Origin: an uncultured Candidatus Entotheonella sp.
GTDB taxonomy: Bacteria; Tectomicrobia; Entotheonellia; Entotheonellales; Entotheonellaceae
Direction of reading: 5' to 3'
DNA: 64,000 bases
Assembly: GCA_965217185.1 (NCBI GenBank)
Contig: OZ244252.1
Coordinates: forward strand, 192,001-256,000
Both the position numbers and the translations under genes were made by a program. Below, in pieces: positions 29,205 to 41,488 of this stretch (the first letter of the stretch is position 1; the number at the start of each line of letters is the position of its first letter). The notes under the pieces are model-generated. The model saw only the letters and a program-made list of their open reading frames with translations, did no database searches and was not told where the DNA came from.

Positions 29205-30260
29205 TCAGTAACTTGGAAGGTTTTGGTTGGCGAGCGCATCATACTTAGCCTGTCGCTGGGCTGTCAAGGACGAAAGCGGGCCTGTGAGGGCCATGATCCG
29301 GGCGGCAAGCTTGTGTGCGTCGTGGCGAATCAGGTGCATGCCGACGTGCATCCCGGAAGCTTGTGGACGGGTGTAGGCGCGCAGGGTTTCGGGATCCGGG
29401 TGCTCGACCAGGTCGGCGGCGATGAGGCAGGCATCGGCCGGTGTCAGGTCGTTGACGACGGGCCGGGCGCCCTGGGGTTTGTAGAGGCGCAAAAGGTTTG
29501 GTGGCAGCGGCGCATTGTTGACGAGAACCGCGTCCACCGGGCGGCCCAGGTAGGGTTGCAGCGTCGTGAGGTGCTGCCGGGCGGTGTATCCGTCGGTCTG
29601 GCCCGGCTGGGTCAGCAGGTTCAGCACGTGGACGATGGGCGTCCGGCTGCGGCTCAGGGCCTGTTTGACGCCGGGATGCAGAAGCACGGAAATGACGCCG
29701 GTGAGCAGGGAACCGGCGCAGATGACCAGCAGGTCGGCGGCGGCGATGGCTTCCGTGATGGCGGAATGCGCGGGGATCGGGGGCTGCAGGAACAACCGTT
29801 TGACGGGCGACAGGGGGCAGCGTTGCATGATTTGCCACTCGCCGACAAGGCGGCGGCCGTCGTCGAGCTCGGCGCCGAGCTGGGTATTGCCGTCGGATAC
29901 CGGCAGCACGCGCTGGACGAAGCCGGCGGCCTGGCGGATTTCGGCTGCCGCCGTGTTCAGGCTGCCGTGCTCGCTGGCCAACGCCGCCAGGATGAGGTTG
30001 CCGACGCTGACGCCGTCCAAGTTGCCCGCCGTGAAGCGGTGTTGCAACAGCCGGCCCCAAAGCGAGTCGTTGTCGGCCAGGGCGCTCAGGCACTGGCGCG
30101 TATCGCCCACTTGCGGGATGTGCAGCAAACGGCGGAGGTGGCCGCTGTGACCGCCGTTGTCGGTCACCCCGACGACGGCCGTGACCTCGCACGAATGCTC
30201 TCGCAGCCCCCGCAGCAGGGTCGCCTGACCGGTGCCGCTGCCCAAGGTGACGATGTGCAT
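29205..30260 (-). CDS. YvcK/UPF0052 (CofD-like) protein
   Basis: LGSGTG, VTDNGGHSG, LLTQPGQTDG, IRHD. Confidence 0.85.
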   Translation of the reverse strand: MHIVTLGSGTGQATLLRGLREHSCEVTAVVGVTDNGGHSGHLRRLLHIPQVGDTRQCLSALADNDSLWGRLLQHRFTAGNLDGVSVGNLILAALASEHGSLNTAAAEIRQAAGFVQRVLPVSDGNTQLGAELDDGRRLVGEWQIMQRCPLSPVKRLFLQPPIPAHSAITEAIAAADLLVICAGSLLTGVISVLLHPGVKQALSRSRTPIVHVLNLLTQPGQTDGYTARQHLTTLQPYLGRPVDAVLVNNAPLPPNLLRLYKPQGARPVVNDLTPADACLIAADLVEHPDPETLRAYTRPQASGMHVGMHLIRHDAHKLAARIMALTGPLSSLTAQRQAKYDALANQNLPSY

Positions 30261-30267
30261 GGAAAGG

Positions 30268-31143
30268 CTACTCCGTGAGGCTCGCCGTTTGCCGCTGCCG
30301 CCACGCCGCAGGGCTGCCGAGGTTCCAGGCGTCGGTGCCGTATTTGGTGTGTCGCAGTTCCTCGGCCAGACGACGCTCGACGGGCGACAGGTCGCCGGCT
30401 ATCAACTCGGCGCCATCGATCAGACATTCGGCGAAACCCTGGCGCAACGCCCGGTGCAGCGCCGCGGCATCGAGCGGCGTGGGGGCCACTTCGTTCACCG
30501 CTACCATGCTGGCATACGCCTCGCGGAGCAGTTGCGCGCGCCGGCCGGCCGGCACGCGCAAACACGCGAACAGGCGCTGCCGGTCCATGGACAGGGGAAT
30601 CGAGCCATGTTGCAACAGGGAACGCCGCCCGCGCTTCTGGGCGCTGCCGACGAGTTTCCTGCCGGTGGCGCTCAACTCGTAGCGGGACATGGCCGCGAAG
30701 CAGGCCGGGGACGCCGACCGGGACGCCGCGGCGAGGACGCTGGGACGTTCAAGGCGTACTGCCAGCCCCGCGTGGCGCAGGGCCGCTGCCAGCGCGAGGC
30801 CGATGCGGCGGTAGTGTTCCGTGATGCTGGCTTCGCGGTCCGCCAGCCGCAGCGGCATGACGACGCTGTATGTCGCTTCCTGATCGTGCAGCACCGCCCG
30901 CCCGCCGGTGGGGCGCCGTACGAGCGTTACCCCGTGCTGCCGGCAGGCCGCCACGTCGACCTCTTTCTCCACGTTCTGGGCGTATCCCAGCGACAGCGTC
31001 GGTGAGAACCAGGTGTACACCCGCAGCGTCGGCGGGCTCTGGCCGGCCTCGTGCGACAGCAGCAGAGCCTCGTCCACCGCCATGTTGAAGGCCGCGTCGT
31101 TGCAGCCGGTATCGAGGAAACGCCATGCCGTGGCCAAGGGCAT
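30268..31143 (-). CDS. lipoate-protein ligase family (LipM-like octanoyltransferase)
   Basis: NMAVDEALL, RRPTGGRAVLH, ACF, KLVGSAQ, QHGSIP. Confidence 0.85.
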   Translation of the reverse strand: MPLATAWRFLDTGCNDAAFNMAVDEALLLSHEAGQSPPTLRVYTWFSPTLSLGYAQNVEKEVDVAACRQHGVTLVRRPTGGRAVLHDQEATYSVVMPLRLADREASITEHYRRIGLALAAALRHAGLAVRLERPSVLAAASRSASPACFAAMSRYELSATGRKLVGSAQKRGRRSLLQHGSIPLSMDRQRLFACLRVPAGRRAQLLREAYASMVAVNEVAPTPLDAAALHRALRQGFAECLIDGAELIAGDLSPVERRLAEELRHTKYGTDAWNLGSPAAWRQRQTASLTE

Positions 31144-31147
31144 CTTC

Positions 31148-31525
31148 CTAGGTAAGGGTTGCCTGGTAATCATCGGCGCTCAGCAGCGCCTGCCAGTCGT
31201 CGGGATTGGACGCTTCGATGACGATCATCCAGCCGTCCCCATACGGTTCGTTGTTGACAAGTTCCGGCTCGTCGTCCAGCCGCGCGTTCACCTCAGCGAC
31301 CGTGCCGCTCACGGGTGCGAACAGATCCGAAACGGCCTTGACCGACTCCACGACCCCGAACGTTTCCCCCGCCGTGACGCTGCGGCCGACCTGCGGCAAC
31401 TCCAAGAACAGCACCTCGCCGAGTTCCTCCTGTGCGAAGTCCGTAATGCCCACCGTTACCCGGTCGTCCTCGCGCCGTGCCCACGTGTGCTCGCTGCTGT
31501 AGCGCAAGTCCTGCGGAAATTCCAT
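31148..31525 (-). CDS. gcvH: glycine cleavage system H protein
   Basis: GITDFAQEELG, VESVKAVSD, PYGDGW. Confidence 0.95.
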   Translation of the reverse strand: MEFPQDLRYSSEHTWARREDDRVTVGITDFAQEELGEVLFLELPQVGRSVTAGETFGVVESVKAVSDLFAPVSGTVAEVNARLDDEPELVNNEPYGDGWMIVIEASNPDDWQALLSADDYQATLT

Positions 31526-31683
31526 CCGGCCATCTCCTTTTCAGCGTATGCCCTGCATTGTACAAGAATCGTGACGTGCATGGGTACCACCGCGGCGCGG
31601 GCAGCAGGTGGCTTTGCGGGTCGGTATGTTTGCTGTTACAGTCCCACCACTTGCAAACGGTCCCACCCCCTGACAGGTCAAGC

Positions 31684-33255
31684 ATGGATTATCGCCCCGC
31701 GCCCGAACCGCCTGTCGATATCCCGCCACGCTTGGCCACCGCCGTGTTGCTGGCCTCGCTCGCCGGCGTGCTGACCGTCTCGCCCATGTTGTACGAACCC
31801 CTGTGGCCGTTGGCTTGGGTCGGCTTGCTGCCGCTGTTTGTGGCCCTGCGCGGCGTTTCTGCCGGAAGGGCCTTTGTGCTCGGTTGGTGGACGGAAACCC
31901 TGATGTACGGGTTAGGGGTCTATTGGCTTGTCGACACCATGGTCGATTTCGGCGACATTCCGCTGCCGCTCAGCCTTCTGTTTTTCGTCATCGTCGCCAC
32001 TGCCAACGGCGTGCGCATGGGGCTCTTCGCCTGGTGGGTGCGGCGCATGCAGACCAGCGAGAGCCCGTGGTGGTACCGCCTGCTGCTGCCCGCCTGCGCG
32101 TTCGTTGCGCTGGATTTTGTCTTTCCGCGCGTGTTTCCCTGGTACCTCGGCTTTTTGCAATACCCGGCCTTGCCGCTCATCCAAGTCGCTGATCTGACCG
32201 GCATTCACGGCGTCACTTTTATTCTCGTGCTGTGCAGCATTGGCGGCGCCGCGTTCGTGTCGGTTCGGCAGTCGCCGGCGGGCGCCGGGCGTTACCGGAT
32301 GGCCGTGGCGGTGGGATGCGTGCTCTTGCTGCAGGTCGGCTACGGCCTGTGGCGCATGCCGCAGGTGGCTGCGGCGATGCAACAGGCCGAGAGCCTGCGG
32401 GTGGTGCTGGTGCAGCCGAACCTTGGCATTGACGAAAACCGGAACGGTCCCAAGCCCAAGGAGCGCCTGCAATTGCTGGCGGACCTGAGCGAGGCGACCC
32501 TGGCGCAAGAGCCGGATTTGGTCATCTGGCCGGAGAGCGCCTATCCCTATGCGCTGACAACCCAGGAGCCGTTCCTGTACCTGCCGAAGGGGGTGACGAA
32601 CGACGTCCCCTGGCTGGTCGGTGGGATGGCCTACGAGGGTCAGGACGATGCGCGGCAGTTGTTCAATTCCACTTGGCTGGTGGCGTCCGGGCAGCAGATT
32701 GTCGGTCGCTACGATAAGCACGTCTTGCTCGCCTTTGGTGAATACGTGCCCATGCAGCGTTACCTGCCGTTCCTCGGGCGCATCTCGCCGGCAATCGGCA
32801 ATTTCACCCCCGGCGAGGGGTCGCGCCTCTTGGCCCTGCCGGGCGGTGTATCCATCGGCCCGTTGATCTGTTACGAGGACATCATGCCGCAACCGGCCCG
32901 GCTGGCGGCGCGCCAAGGTGCTCGGGTGCTGGTGAACCTGACGAACGACATGTGGTTCGGGCCGACCCGCGCACCGTACCAGCATCGCAATGCGGCGGCC
33001 TTCCGGGCGGTGGAAAATCGGCGCTCGCTGGTGCGGGTAACCAATACGGGGGTGACGTCCATCATCGACGCCCTGGGACGCGAGCAGTCGGCATTGCCCA
33101 TCTACCAGCGCGGCACCCTGGTGGATGACGTGGCGGCGTTGCGGATGTCCACCGTCTACCAGCGTTTTGGGGATTGGTTTGCCTGGCTTTGTTGTCTGGC
33201 GGCGGTTGGGCTGCCGGGATGGCAGTTCGTCCGGCGGGGCGTCGGACGCCGTTAA
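31684..33255 (+). CDS. lnt: apolipoprotein N-acyltransferase
   Basis: VQPN, WPESA, YDKHVLLAFGEY, ICYE, TND.WFG, NTG. Confidence 0.93.
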   Translation: MDYRPAPEPPVDIPPRLATAVLLASLAGVLTVSPMLYEPLWPLAWVGLLPLFVALRGVSAGRAFVLGWWTETLMYGLGVYWLVDTMVDFGDIPLPLSLLFFVIVATANGVRMGLFAWWVRRMQTSESPWWYRLLLPACAFVALDFVFPRVFPWYLGFLQYPALPLIQVADLTGIHGVTFILVLCSIGGAAFVSVRQSPAGAGRYRMAVAVGCVLLLQVGYGLWRMPQVAAAMQQAESLRVVLVQPNLGIDENRNGPKPKERLQLLADLSEATLAQEPDLVIWPESAYPYALTTQEPFLYLPKGVTNDVPWLVGGMAYEGQDDARQLFNSTWLVASGQQIVGRYDKHVLLAFGEYVPMQRYLPFLGRISPAIGNFTPGEGSRLLALPGGVSIGPLICYEDIMPQPARLAARQGARVLVNLTNDMWFGPTRAPYQHRNAAAFRAVENRRSLVRVTNTGVTSIIDALGREQSALPIYQRGTLVDDVAALRMSTVYQRFGDWFAWLCCLAAVGLPGWQFVRRGVGRR

Positions 33256-33260
33256 AGGGA

Positions 33261-33288
33261 GAAGAGCAGGCCGGGCACCTGCTCTTCC
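33261..33288. terminator. hairpin between convergent lnt and ferredoxin
   Basis: gaagagcagg...cctgctcttc. Confidence 0.45.
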
Positions 33289-33295
33289 ACGGGGG

Positions 33296-33583
33296 TCATT
33301 CGGGGCGTAATTCGTCTACCTTGGCTCGGGCGGCGTCTTTATCCTTGAACCAGTCGGCGTTTATGGGTGTGTAGTCCTTCCACTCGTCCGGCACGTCCTC
33401 TTCCGTAAAAATGGCCTCTACCGGGCACTCGGGTTCGCAGGCACCGCAGTCAATACACTCGTCCGGTTCAATGTACAGCATGCGGTCTTTGCCTTCCTCG
33501 AAATGAATGCAGTCCACGGGACAGACATCCACGCAGGCTTGATCCATGACGTCGATGCACGGGTCGGCGATTATATAAGTCAT
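33296..33583 (-). CDS. 7Fe-type ferredoxin
   Basis: MTYIIADPC...CVDVCPVDC...[12 protein letters not shown]. Confidence 0.92.
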   Translation of the reverse strand: MTYIIADPCIDVMDQACVDVCPVDCIHFEEGKDRMLYIEPDECIDCGACEPECPVEAIFTEEDVPDEWKDYTPINADWFKDKDAARAKVDELRPE

Positions 33584-33828
33584 TTCCTCAAATCCTCCAT
33601 TTCCGGCTATGAAACGTTGACACGCACAGGTGTCGTCGTTGTGCGTCAACTACGGCTGCTTCAGGCTGCATAAAGATACCTTAACTGTATAAATTCTGGC
33701 AAGGCTGATACGGCGCGACGACAGGCTGAAAACGTGGGCGCGTTGAGAGACCCCGGAAAGTAGACTACACTTCCGCCACGGCTTACCATGGAACAGGAAA
33801 TTCTGCTGCTTTACTCGGGTTTGGTGCG

Positions 33829-34251
33829 ATGATGCAGACAAGACTGTACAAACCGATGTTGGCGTGGCTGTGCCTGCTTATGGCGATAGTCATGGGTGCA
33901 TGTTCGCAGGGTGAGAGCGATGCGCCGGAGATGCTGCCGCAGGAACTCACGGCGCGCATGGCGTCTGAGACGACGCCCGTGGTTCTGGACGTGCGGACAC
34001 CGCAGGAGTACGCAGCAGGGCACGTGCCCGGCGCCATCAACGTGCCGCACAAGGCGTTGGCCGGCCGGCTGTCGGAAGTGCTCGGTTTCCGCGACCGGGA
34101 GGTGGTGCTGTATTGCGAACGCGGCAAGCGTTCGGAGATGGCGCGAGCGGTGCTTCTTGAGGCGGGCTTTACATCGACTCAGCTCCTGCAGGGCCACATG
34201 GTCGAATGGCGCCGCCAGCGGCTGCCCGAGAATAGGGGCACAGACCCATAA
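33829..34251 (+). CDS. rhodanese-like domain (lipo)protein
   Basis: MGAC lipobox-like; LDVRTPQEYAAGHVPGA, YCERGKRS. Confidence 0.85.
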   Translation: MMQTRLYKPMLAWLCLLMAIVMGACSQGESDAPEMLPQELTARMASETTPVVLDVRTPQEYAAGHVPGAINVPHKALAGRLSEVLGFRDREVVLYCERGKRSEMARAVLLEAGFTSTQLLQGHMVEWRRQRLPENRGTDP

Positions 34252-34264
34252 CAGGGGGCACGGT

Positions 34265-35080
34265 GTGACGGACGCGAACGGATTGGCGCAAAACGTGATC
34301 GCCGTAGCCAGCGGCAAGGGCGGCGTGGGCAAGTCGACAGTCGCCGTCAACTTGGCGGTCAGTCTCGCCGCCGAGGGGGCCGAGGTCGGGTTGTTGGATG
34401 CCGACATTCACGGTCCCAACATCCCGATCATGATGGGCATCCGCGAGCAACCCCGCCTGGGTCAGGACCGCAAGATGGTGCCGCTGGAGCGGCATGGGGT
34501 CAAGCTGATGTCGGTAGGCTTCATGGGCGGAAGTTCCAAGCCGGTCATCTGGCGCGGCCCGCTGGTGGGTCGCATGATCAAGCAATTCCTGTACAACGTC
34601 GACTGGGGAGATCTGGACTACCTGTTCATCGATCTGCCCCCCGGCACCGGCGACGCGCAGCTGACGCTGACCCAGTCGGTCGCCCTTACCGGTGGCATCA
34701 TCGTCTCGACGCCGCAAGACGTGGCGTTGCAGGATGCCTTGCGGGGCATGGACATGTTTCTGAAAGTCGAGGTGCCGATCCTCGGGCTCATCGAGAACAT
34801 GAGCTACTTTCTATGCCCGCACTGCCACGAGCGCAGCGACATTTTCTCCCACGGCGGCACCCGTGACGCCGCCGAAACCCGTCGGGTGCCCTTTCTTGGC
34901 GCCCTGCCGCTGGATACCAAAATCCGCCAAGGCGGCGACCTCGGCGTTCCGATCGTGGTGTCGGAAGCGGACTCCAGCCACGCGGACTGCTTCCGCAGCA
35001 TGTGCCGGGAACTGCAAGCCAGCATCGAAAAGAACCGCGCCAAGCAATCCCTCCGCGCCCTTCAAATCGACCAGGACTGA
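34265..35080 (+). CDS. apbC: Mrp/ApbC Fe-S cluster carrier ATPase
   Basis: SGKGGVGKST, DADIHGP, WRGP, DLPPGTGD, CPHC; GTG start at 34265. Confidence 0.9.
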   Translation: MTDANGLAQNVIAVASGKGGVGKSTVAVNLAVSLAAEGAEVGLLDADIHGPNIPIMMGIREQPRLGQDRKMVPLERHGVKLMSVGFMGGSSKPVIWRGPLVGRMIKQFLYNVDWGDLDYLFIDLPPGTGDAQLTLTQSVALTGGIIVSTPQDVALQDALRGMDMFLKVEVPILGLIENMSYFLCPHCHERSDIFSHGGTRDAAETRRVPFLGALPLDTKIRQGGDLGVPIVVSEADSSHADCFRSMCRELQASIEKNRAKQSLRALQIDQD

Positions 35081-35099
35081 CAGGGCCGCCTCTCCTCCA

Positions 35100-36920
<1,821 letters not shown>

Positions 36921-37026
36921 GACTCTCCTTGAACAGCACGTTGAAAGAAAAACTCACTCCCTCTACGACACGGTTGCCGTTTTACCCAAGAAGCCCGCAA
37001 TTATACAGAAACCGGGGACAAACACG

Positions 37027-38847
37027 ATGACCAAGGTATTGATTGTCGATGCGGACGAGCGGGCTGCCGCGGCGCTATGCACGATGCTGGTCGACGAAGT
37101 GGTCGAAACCCGGCGGGCCGCGAGCCCCACTGAGGCGCGGCAAGCGTTGCGGCAGGGGGCTTGTGACATCCTCATCGTCGCCTTGGGAACGACCCTGGAG
37201 CGGATGCAGGAAGGGCTGACGCTGTGCGCGCGGGTGAAGCAGCGCACCCCCGCCACGGTGGTGATCCTGGTGGCGACCGACCCGGCGGCGGAAACCGTGT
37301 TGCAGGCGCTGGGGGGCGGCATCGCTGATCATCTTGCCAGCGGCGATTCGGCCGCCGCGCAGGTGCGCGTCTTGGTGCGGCGTCTCATACGCCGGCAAGC
37401 GCAGCGGCAAGCGAAGATCGTCTGCACTATCGGACCGGCCAGCGAATCCCAGGAAAACTTGTCGCGGCTGATTGACGCCGGCATGGACGTTGCGCGGCTC
37501 AACTTCTCGCACGGCGATTGGGACTGGCACCGCTTGGTGTGCGCGCGCATTCGCCGCCTCGCCGACCACGTCGCCGTCATGGCCGATTTGCAAGGTCCCA
37601 AACTGCGCATCGGCCACATGCAGAACGATGCCGTCGTGCCCCTGAAGCGGGGGGCGACGTTTACGCTCACGTCACGGCCGGTGGCGGGTTCGGAGGACAT
37701 CGTGTCGCTCGACTACCCGGACCTGCCGCGCGACGTTGCCGCCGGCGACACCCTGTACCTTGATGACGGCCTGATCGAGTTGCGCGTCTTGGAAGTACGC
37801 GACGACACCGACATCGTGTGCCAGGTGCTGACGGGCGGACGGCTGAGCAGCCGCAAGGGCATCCACGCGCCGCGTGCCATCCTGGGCATGCAGGTGCCGA
37901 CCGCCAAGGACCGGCAGGACATCGAGCTGGCCGTCGAATTGGACGTAGACTTCCTGGCCGTTTCCTTCGTTGCCGAGGCCGAGGACGTGCGTCAGGTGCG
38001 CGCCGCGGTGCAGCAGGCGGCAGGTGGGGCGGAAATGCCGCTCATCAGCAAGATCGAGCGCGAGATCGCCCTGGAGAATTTCAATCGCATTCTGGAGGTG
38101 TCCGACGGCATCATGGTGGCGCGCGGCGACCTGGCGGTGAACATTCCCGCCGAGGACGTGCCGAGGCACCAGAAAGCCATGATTCGCGCCTGCAACCAGC
38201 AGGGCAAGCCGGTGATCTGCGCCACCCAGATGCTGGAAAGCATGTGCGCCTATCCGCTGCCGACGCGCGCCGAAGTGAGCGACGTGTTCAACGCCATTCT
38301 GGACGGCGCCGATGCCGTCATGCTGTCAGCCGAAAGTGCCGCCGGCGACTACCCCATCGAGGCCGTCGGGATGATGGCGCGCATCGTGCGTAGCGCCGAG
38401 CGCACCCTGCCGCAATTCAACCCCGCCGCCGAGAGCGTACTGCCGGATCAGACCCCGGCGATCATCAGCCACGGCATCTCGACGATGATCGAGCGCTTTA
38501 ACCGGCACAGCGGTCACATTACCGCCATCCTGGCCGTCACCCGCTCCGGCCACACCGCCCGCATGCTGGCCCGCTACCGCCCCGGCGTGCCGATCATCGC
38601 CGCCACCAGTTCACGGCGGGTGTCGCGTCAGTTTCTGTTGTCGCGCGGCATCACGCCGATGCGCCTCGAAGACGAGTTGCCCGACCCGACCGTCGCCCAT
38701 GCCGCCATCATCCAGGCTGTGCAAGAGCGCCTGCTCTCCGAGGACGATACCGTGCTGGCCGTCTCGGGCTCGGGCTGGGCGCCGCGGTTCCACACCAACA
38801 TTCTGGGTTTGTTCGCGGTGCGTGACATCCTTGATAGCCGTTGCTAA
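37027..38847 (+). CDS. pyk: pyruvate kinase with N-terminal receiver-like domain
   Basis: KIVCTIGPAS, RLNFSHG, MVARGDL, ATQMLESM, preceded by ~120 aa KVLIVDAD...DILIVA...VVILV...GIADHL. Confidence 0.9.
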   Translation: MTKVLIVDADERAAAALCTMLVDEVVETRRAASPTEARQALRQGACDILIVALGTTLERMQEGLTLCARVKQRTPATVVILVATDPAAETVLQALGGGIADHLASGDSAAAQVRVLVRRLIRRQAQRQAKIVCTIGPASESQENLSRLIDAGMDVARLNFSHGDWDWHRLVCARIRRLADHVAVMADLQGPKLRIGHMQNDAVVPLKRGATFTLTSRPVAGSEDIVSLDYPDLPRDVAAGDTLYLDDGLIELRVLEVRDDTDIVCQVLTGGRLSSRKGIHAPRAILGMQVPTAKDRQDIELAVELDVDFLAVSFVAEAEDVRQVRAAVQQAAGGAEMPLISKIEREIALENFNRILEVSDGIMVARGDLAVNIPAEDVPRHQKAMIRACNQQGKPVICATQMLESMCAYPLPTRAEVSDVFNAILDGADAVMLSAESAAGDYPIEAVGMMARIVRSAERTLPQFNPAAESVLPDQTPAIISHGISTMIERFNRHSGHITAILAVTRSGHTARMLARYRPGVPIIAATSSRRVSRQFLLSRGITPMRLEDELPDPTVAHAAIIQAVQERLLSEDDTVLAVSGSGWAPRFHTNILGLFAVRDILDSRC

Positions 38848-38934
38848 CATGCCCGCCCCCTGTGTTGCCCCTCGACGTAATCTCACCTGACAGTCCCGTT
38901 AGGCATATCCATCACATCATGTAAGGAGAAAACC

Positions 38935-39744
38935 GTGGGAGTTCTGGATGGCAAAGTGGCCATTGTCACCGGCGCCGGACGCTTGCGCGGTATCGGCCGG
39001 GCGACGGCCGTGGCGCTGGCGGAAATGGGGGCCGACGTGGCCGTGACCGGCACCGGGCGGCATCCCGACACCTTTCCCGATGACGAGAAGGCGGTGAATT
39101 GGCGCGACGTGCACAGCACGGTGGAGCAAATCGCCGCCGCCGGCAGCCGCGGCCTGGCGCTGATCGGTGACATCAGCAGCGCCGATGACGTGCAAGGCTT
39201 TGTACGTCAAACGCGCGAGGCGTGGGGCCGGGTGGACATCGTGATCAATAACGCCGCGGTGGCGCGGGGCGAAGACCGCGTGCCGGTCGTGGAACTCAGC
39301 GAGGAGCTGTTCCGGCGTGTCCTGGAGGTCAAGGTCGTCGGGTCGTTCCTGCTGTGCAAGGCCGTCATCCCGGTTCTGTTGGAGCAGAACGAGGGCGGCC
39401 GCATCATCAACATTTCGTCGGTGGCGGGCAAGCGCGGCTCGGCCAACACTTCGGCGTATTGCGCGTCCAACTTCGCGTTGCAGGGGTTCACGCAGTCGTT
39501 GGCGCAGGAACTGGCGCCGCACCGCATCAGCGTCAACGCCGTTTGTCCGGGGATCATCGACACGGCCCGCATGGACGTTCTGGGGCGTGGCGAAACATGG
39601 CAGCGCAACGTCGACACCGTGCCCATGAAGCGCGCCGCCAGCGACGAGGAAGTAGCCGGGCTGATCGCCTACCTGTGCTCGCCGGTCGCCGAATACATTA
39701 CCGGGCAATCCATCAACATCGACGGCGGCCGGGTCATGTGGTAA
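38935..39744 (+). CDS. short-chain dehydrogenase/reductase
   Basis: TGAGRLRGIG, NNAA, YCASN (K of YxxxK replaced by N). Confidence 0.88.
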   Translation: MGVLDGKVAIVTGAGRLRGIGRATAVALAEMGADVAVTGTGRHPDTFPDDEKAVNWRDVHSTVEQIAAAGSRGLALIGDISSADDVQGFVRQTREAWGRVDIVINNAAVARGEDRVPVVELSEELFRRVLEVKVVGSFLLCKAVIPVLLEQNEGGRIINISSVAGKRGSANTSAYCASNFALQGFTQSLAQELAPHRISVNAVCPGIIDTARMDVLGRGETWQRNVDTVPMKRAASDEEVAGLIAYLCSPVAEYITGQSINIDGGRVMW

Positions 39745-41340
39745 TCAGGCGCTCCCTCTGTAGCGCCGCAGGAACCACATGAGCGGCATGACAGCCAGGC
39801 AGATCATGGCCAGCACCAGAAAACAGTCCTGATACGCCGCCACCATGCCCTGCTGTGCCAAATGGCGGCCCAACAGGGCCCATGCCTTCATATCCGCCAT
39901 GGCGCCCACCTCGCCCGCGCGGCCCATCAGGTCCCAGGCCGGCGTCAGCACGTCGTGCCAAGCGAGCGACGAAGACGCCTGCTGCTGGTCCAGGGCTACC
40001 GTGTGATACGCCGAGCGGCGTTGCAGAACCGTGGTCATCAGCGCTACGCCGAGGGTGCCGCCGACGCCGTGCTGGATGAGCGTCAGGATGCCCGACCCCA
40101 TGCGTACCTTTTCGGGCGGCAGCAGCACCAGAGAGGCGGCGTTCAACGGCGTGAACACGAAGCCGATGGTGATGTAGCGCACCATGATCATCCACGTCAC
40201 CCAGCTCATCGGCTGGTCCAGGGTCAGGAAGGAAAAGCTGTAGGAGGCGAGGGCGAACAGGGCCAGGCCGGTCCAGATGATGTAGCGGCGGTCCAGTTTG
40301 TCGGCCAGCCGGCCCGCCAGCAGCGTGCTGATGCCCATGCTCAGGGCGCCGGGCAGTTGGACGAGGCCCGCCTGAGCCGGTGTGTAGCCCATGAGGCGTT
40401 GCAGCAGGATGGTCTGCAGGAAGCCGGTGCCCCAGAAAGCCATGGCGACGCCGAGGCCCGCCAGCGAGATGGCGGCAAAGGCTGGGTCTCGGTACAGGCT
40501 CACTTCCACCAGTGGCTCTTCCTTCCATAGCTCCAGAATCAAAAAGGCTACGAAGGCCAGCCCGCCGATGACGAACAGGCGCTGAATGATCGGGGCGTCC
40601 CAGCCGAGGCGCTGCCCCTGGCTCATGGCGCTTAGCAGGCAGACCAGGAACACCGCCAGGCTAATCAGGCCCGCCAGATCGAAGGAGCGTTTGACCGATT
40701 CGCGGGTGTTCGGGAGCACCAGCATGACCAGTAGCATACCGAGGATCCCCGGTATTATGTTGAACGAGAACACCATGCGCCAGCTCAGATACTCGGTCAC
40801 GTAGCCGCCCAGCACCGGCCCGAAGGCGGGGCCGAACGACACCCCCAGGCCATACAGCCCCATGGCCAGGCCGCGCTGCCGGGGCGGAAAGCTGCTGTTC
40901 AGGATCACCAGCGTCATGGGCATGATGGGGCCGCTGCCGATGCCTTGCAGCACCCGGAACAGAATCAGCGAGGTGCTGCTCCAGGCGAGGCTGCACAGGG
41001 CTGAGCCGCTGACGAACACCAGCAGACTGATCAGGAAGACGTTGCGATTGCCCAGCCGGTTGCCCAGCCAGCCGACGGTGGGAATGAGCACGGCGCCGGC
41101 GATCATGTAGGCTGTGACGATCCACTGCGCCTGGTCGAGGTTGAGGCCGAACGCCGTCATGATGGGCGGCAGCGCGACGCTCACCGTGGCGCTGCTCATG
41201 ACCACGATGAAGGCGCACAGCATAACCGTGAGCGCCACCCACCACTTGTAGGATGGCCGCTCGGGGGCGATAGTGAACAGGTGGCGCCAGGCACCCTCGG
41301 AGCGCTCGCGCATGGGCTCTACGAGCTGCGGAGATGCCAT
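39745..41340 (-). CDS. DHA2-family (EmrB/QacA) MFS transporter
   Basis: QWIVTAY, GPAFGPVLGG, WRMVF; about 14 hydrophobic segments. Confidence 0.9.
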   Translation of the reverse strand: MASPQLVEPMRERSEGAWRHLFTIAPERPSYKWWVALTVMLCAFIVVMSSATVSVALPPIMTAFGLNLDQAQWIVTAYMIAGAVLIPTVGWLGNRLGNRNVFLISLLVFVSGSALCSLAWSSTSLILFRVLQGIGSGPIMPMTLVILNSSFPPRQRGLAMGLYGLGVSFGPAFGPVLGGYVTEYLSWRMVFSFNIIPGILGMLLVMLVLPNTRESVKRSFDLAGLISLAVFLVCLLSAMSQGQRLGWDAPIIQRLFVIGGLAFVAFLILELWKEEPLVEVSLYRDPAFAAISLAGLGVAMAFWGTGFLQTILLQRLMGYTPAQAGLVQLPGALSMGISTLLAGRLADKLDRRYIIWTGLALFALASYSFSFLTLDQPMSWVTWMIMVRYITIGFVFTPLNAASLVLLPPEKVRMGSGILTLIQHGVGGTLGVALMTTVLQRRSAYHTVALDQQQASSSLAWHDVLTPAWDLMGRAGEVGAMADMKAWALLGRHLAQQGMVAAYQDCFLVLAMICLAVMPLMWFLRRYRGSA

Positions 41341-41488
41341 GTGGCTCCTGATCCTTTTGGTGGGGTGAGACGATGCGCTGGAGAAGTGCTATAAGGAATA
41401 GCCCGCTTCAGGGAATACGGGCAGATTACACCGCAGCAGACGGCGATGCAAAACGGGCGTCAGCACGACGCATACAAAGGAGGCAGGC

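Noticed and set aside
33896..34264. N-terminal extension of the Mrp/ApbC ORF
   Set aside because: Overlaps the rhodanese gene in another frame; the GTG at 34265 is the plausible start
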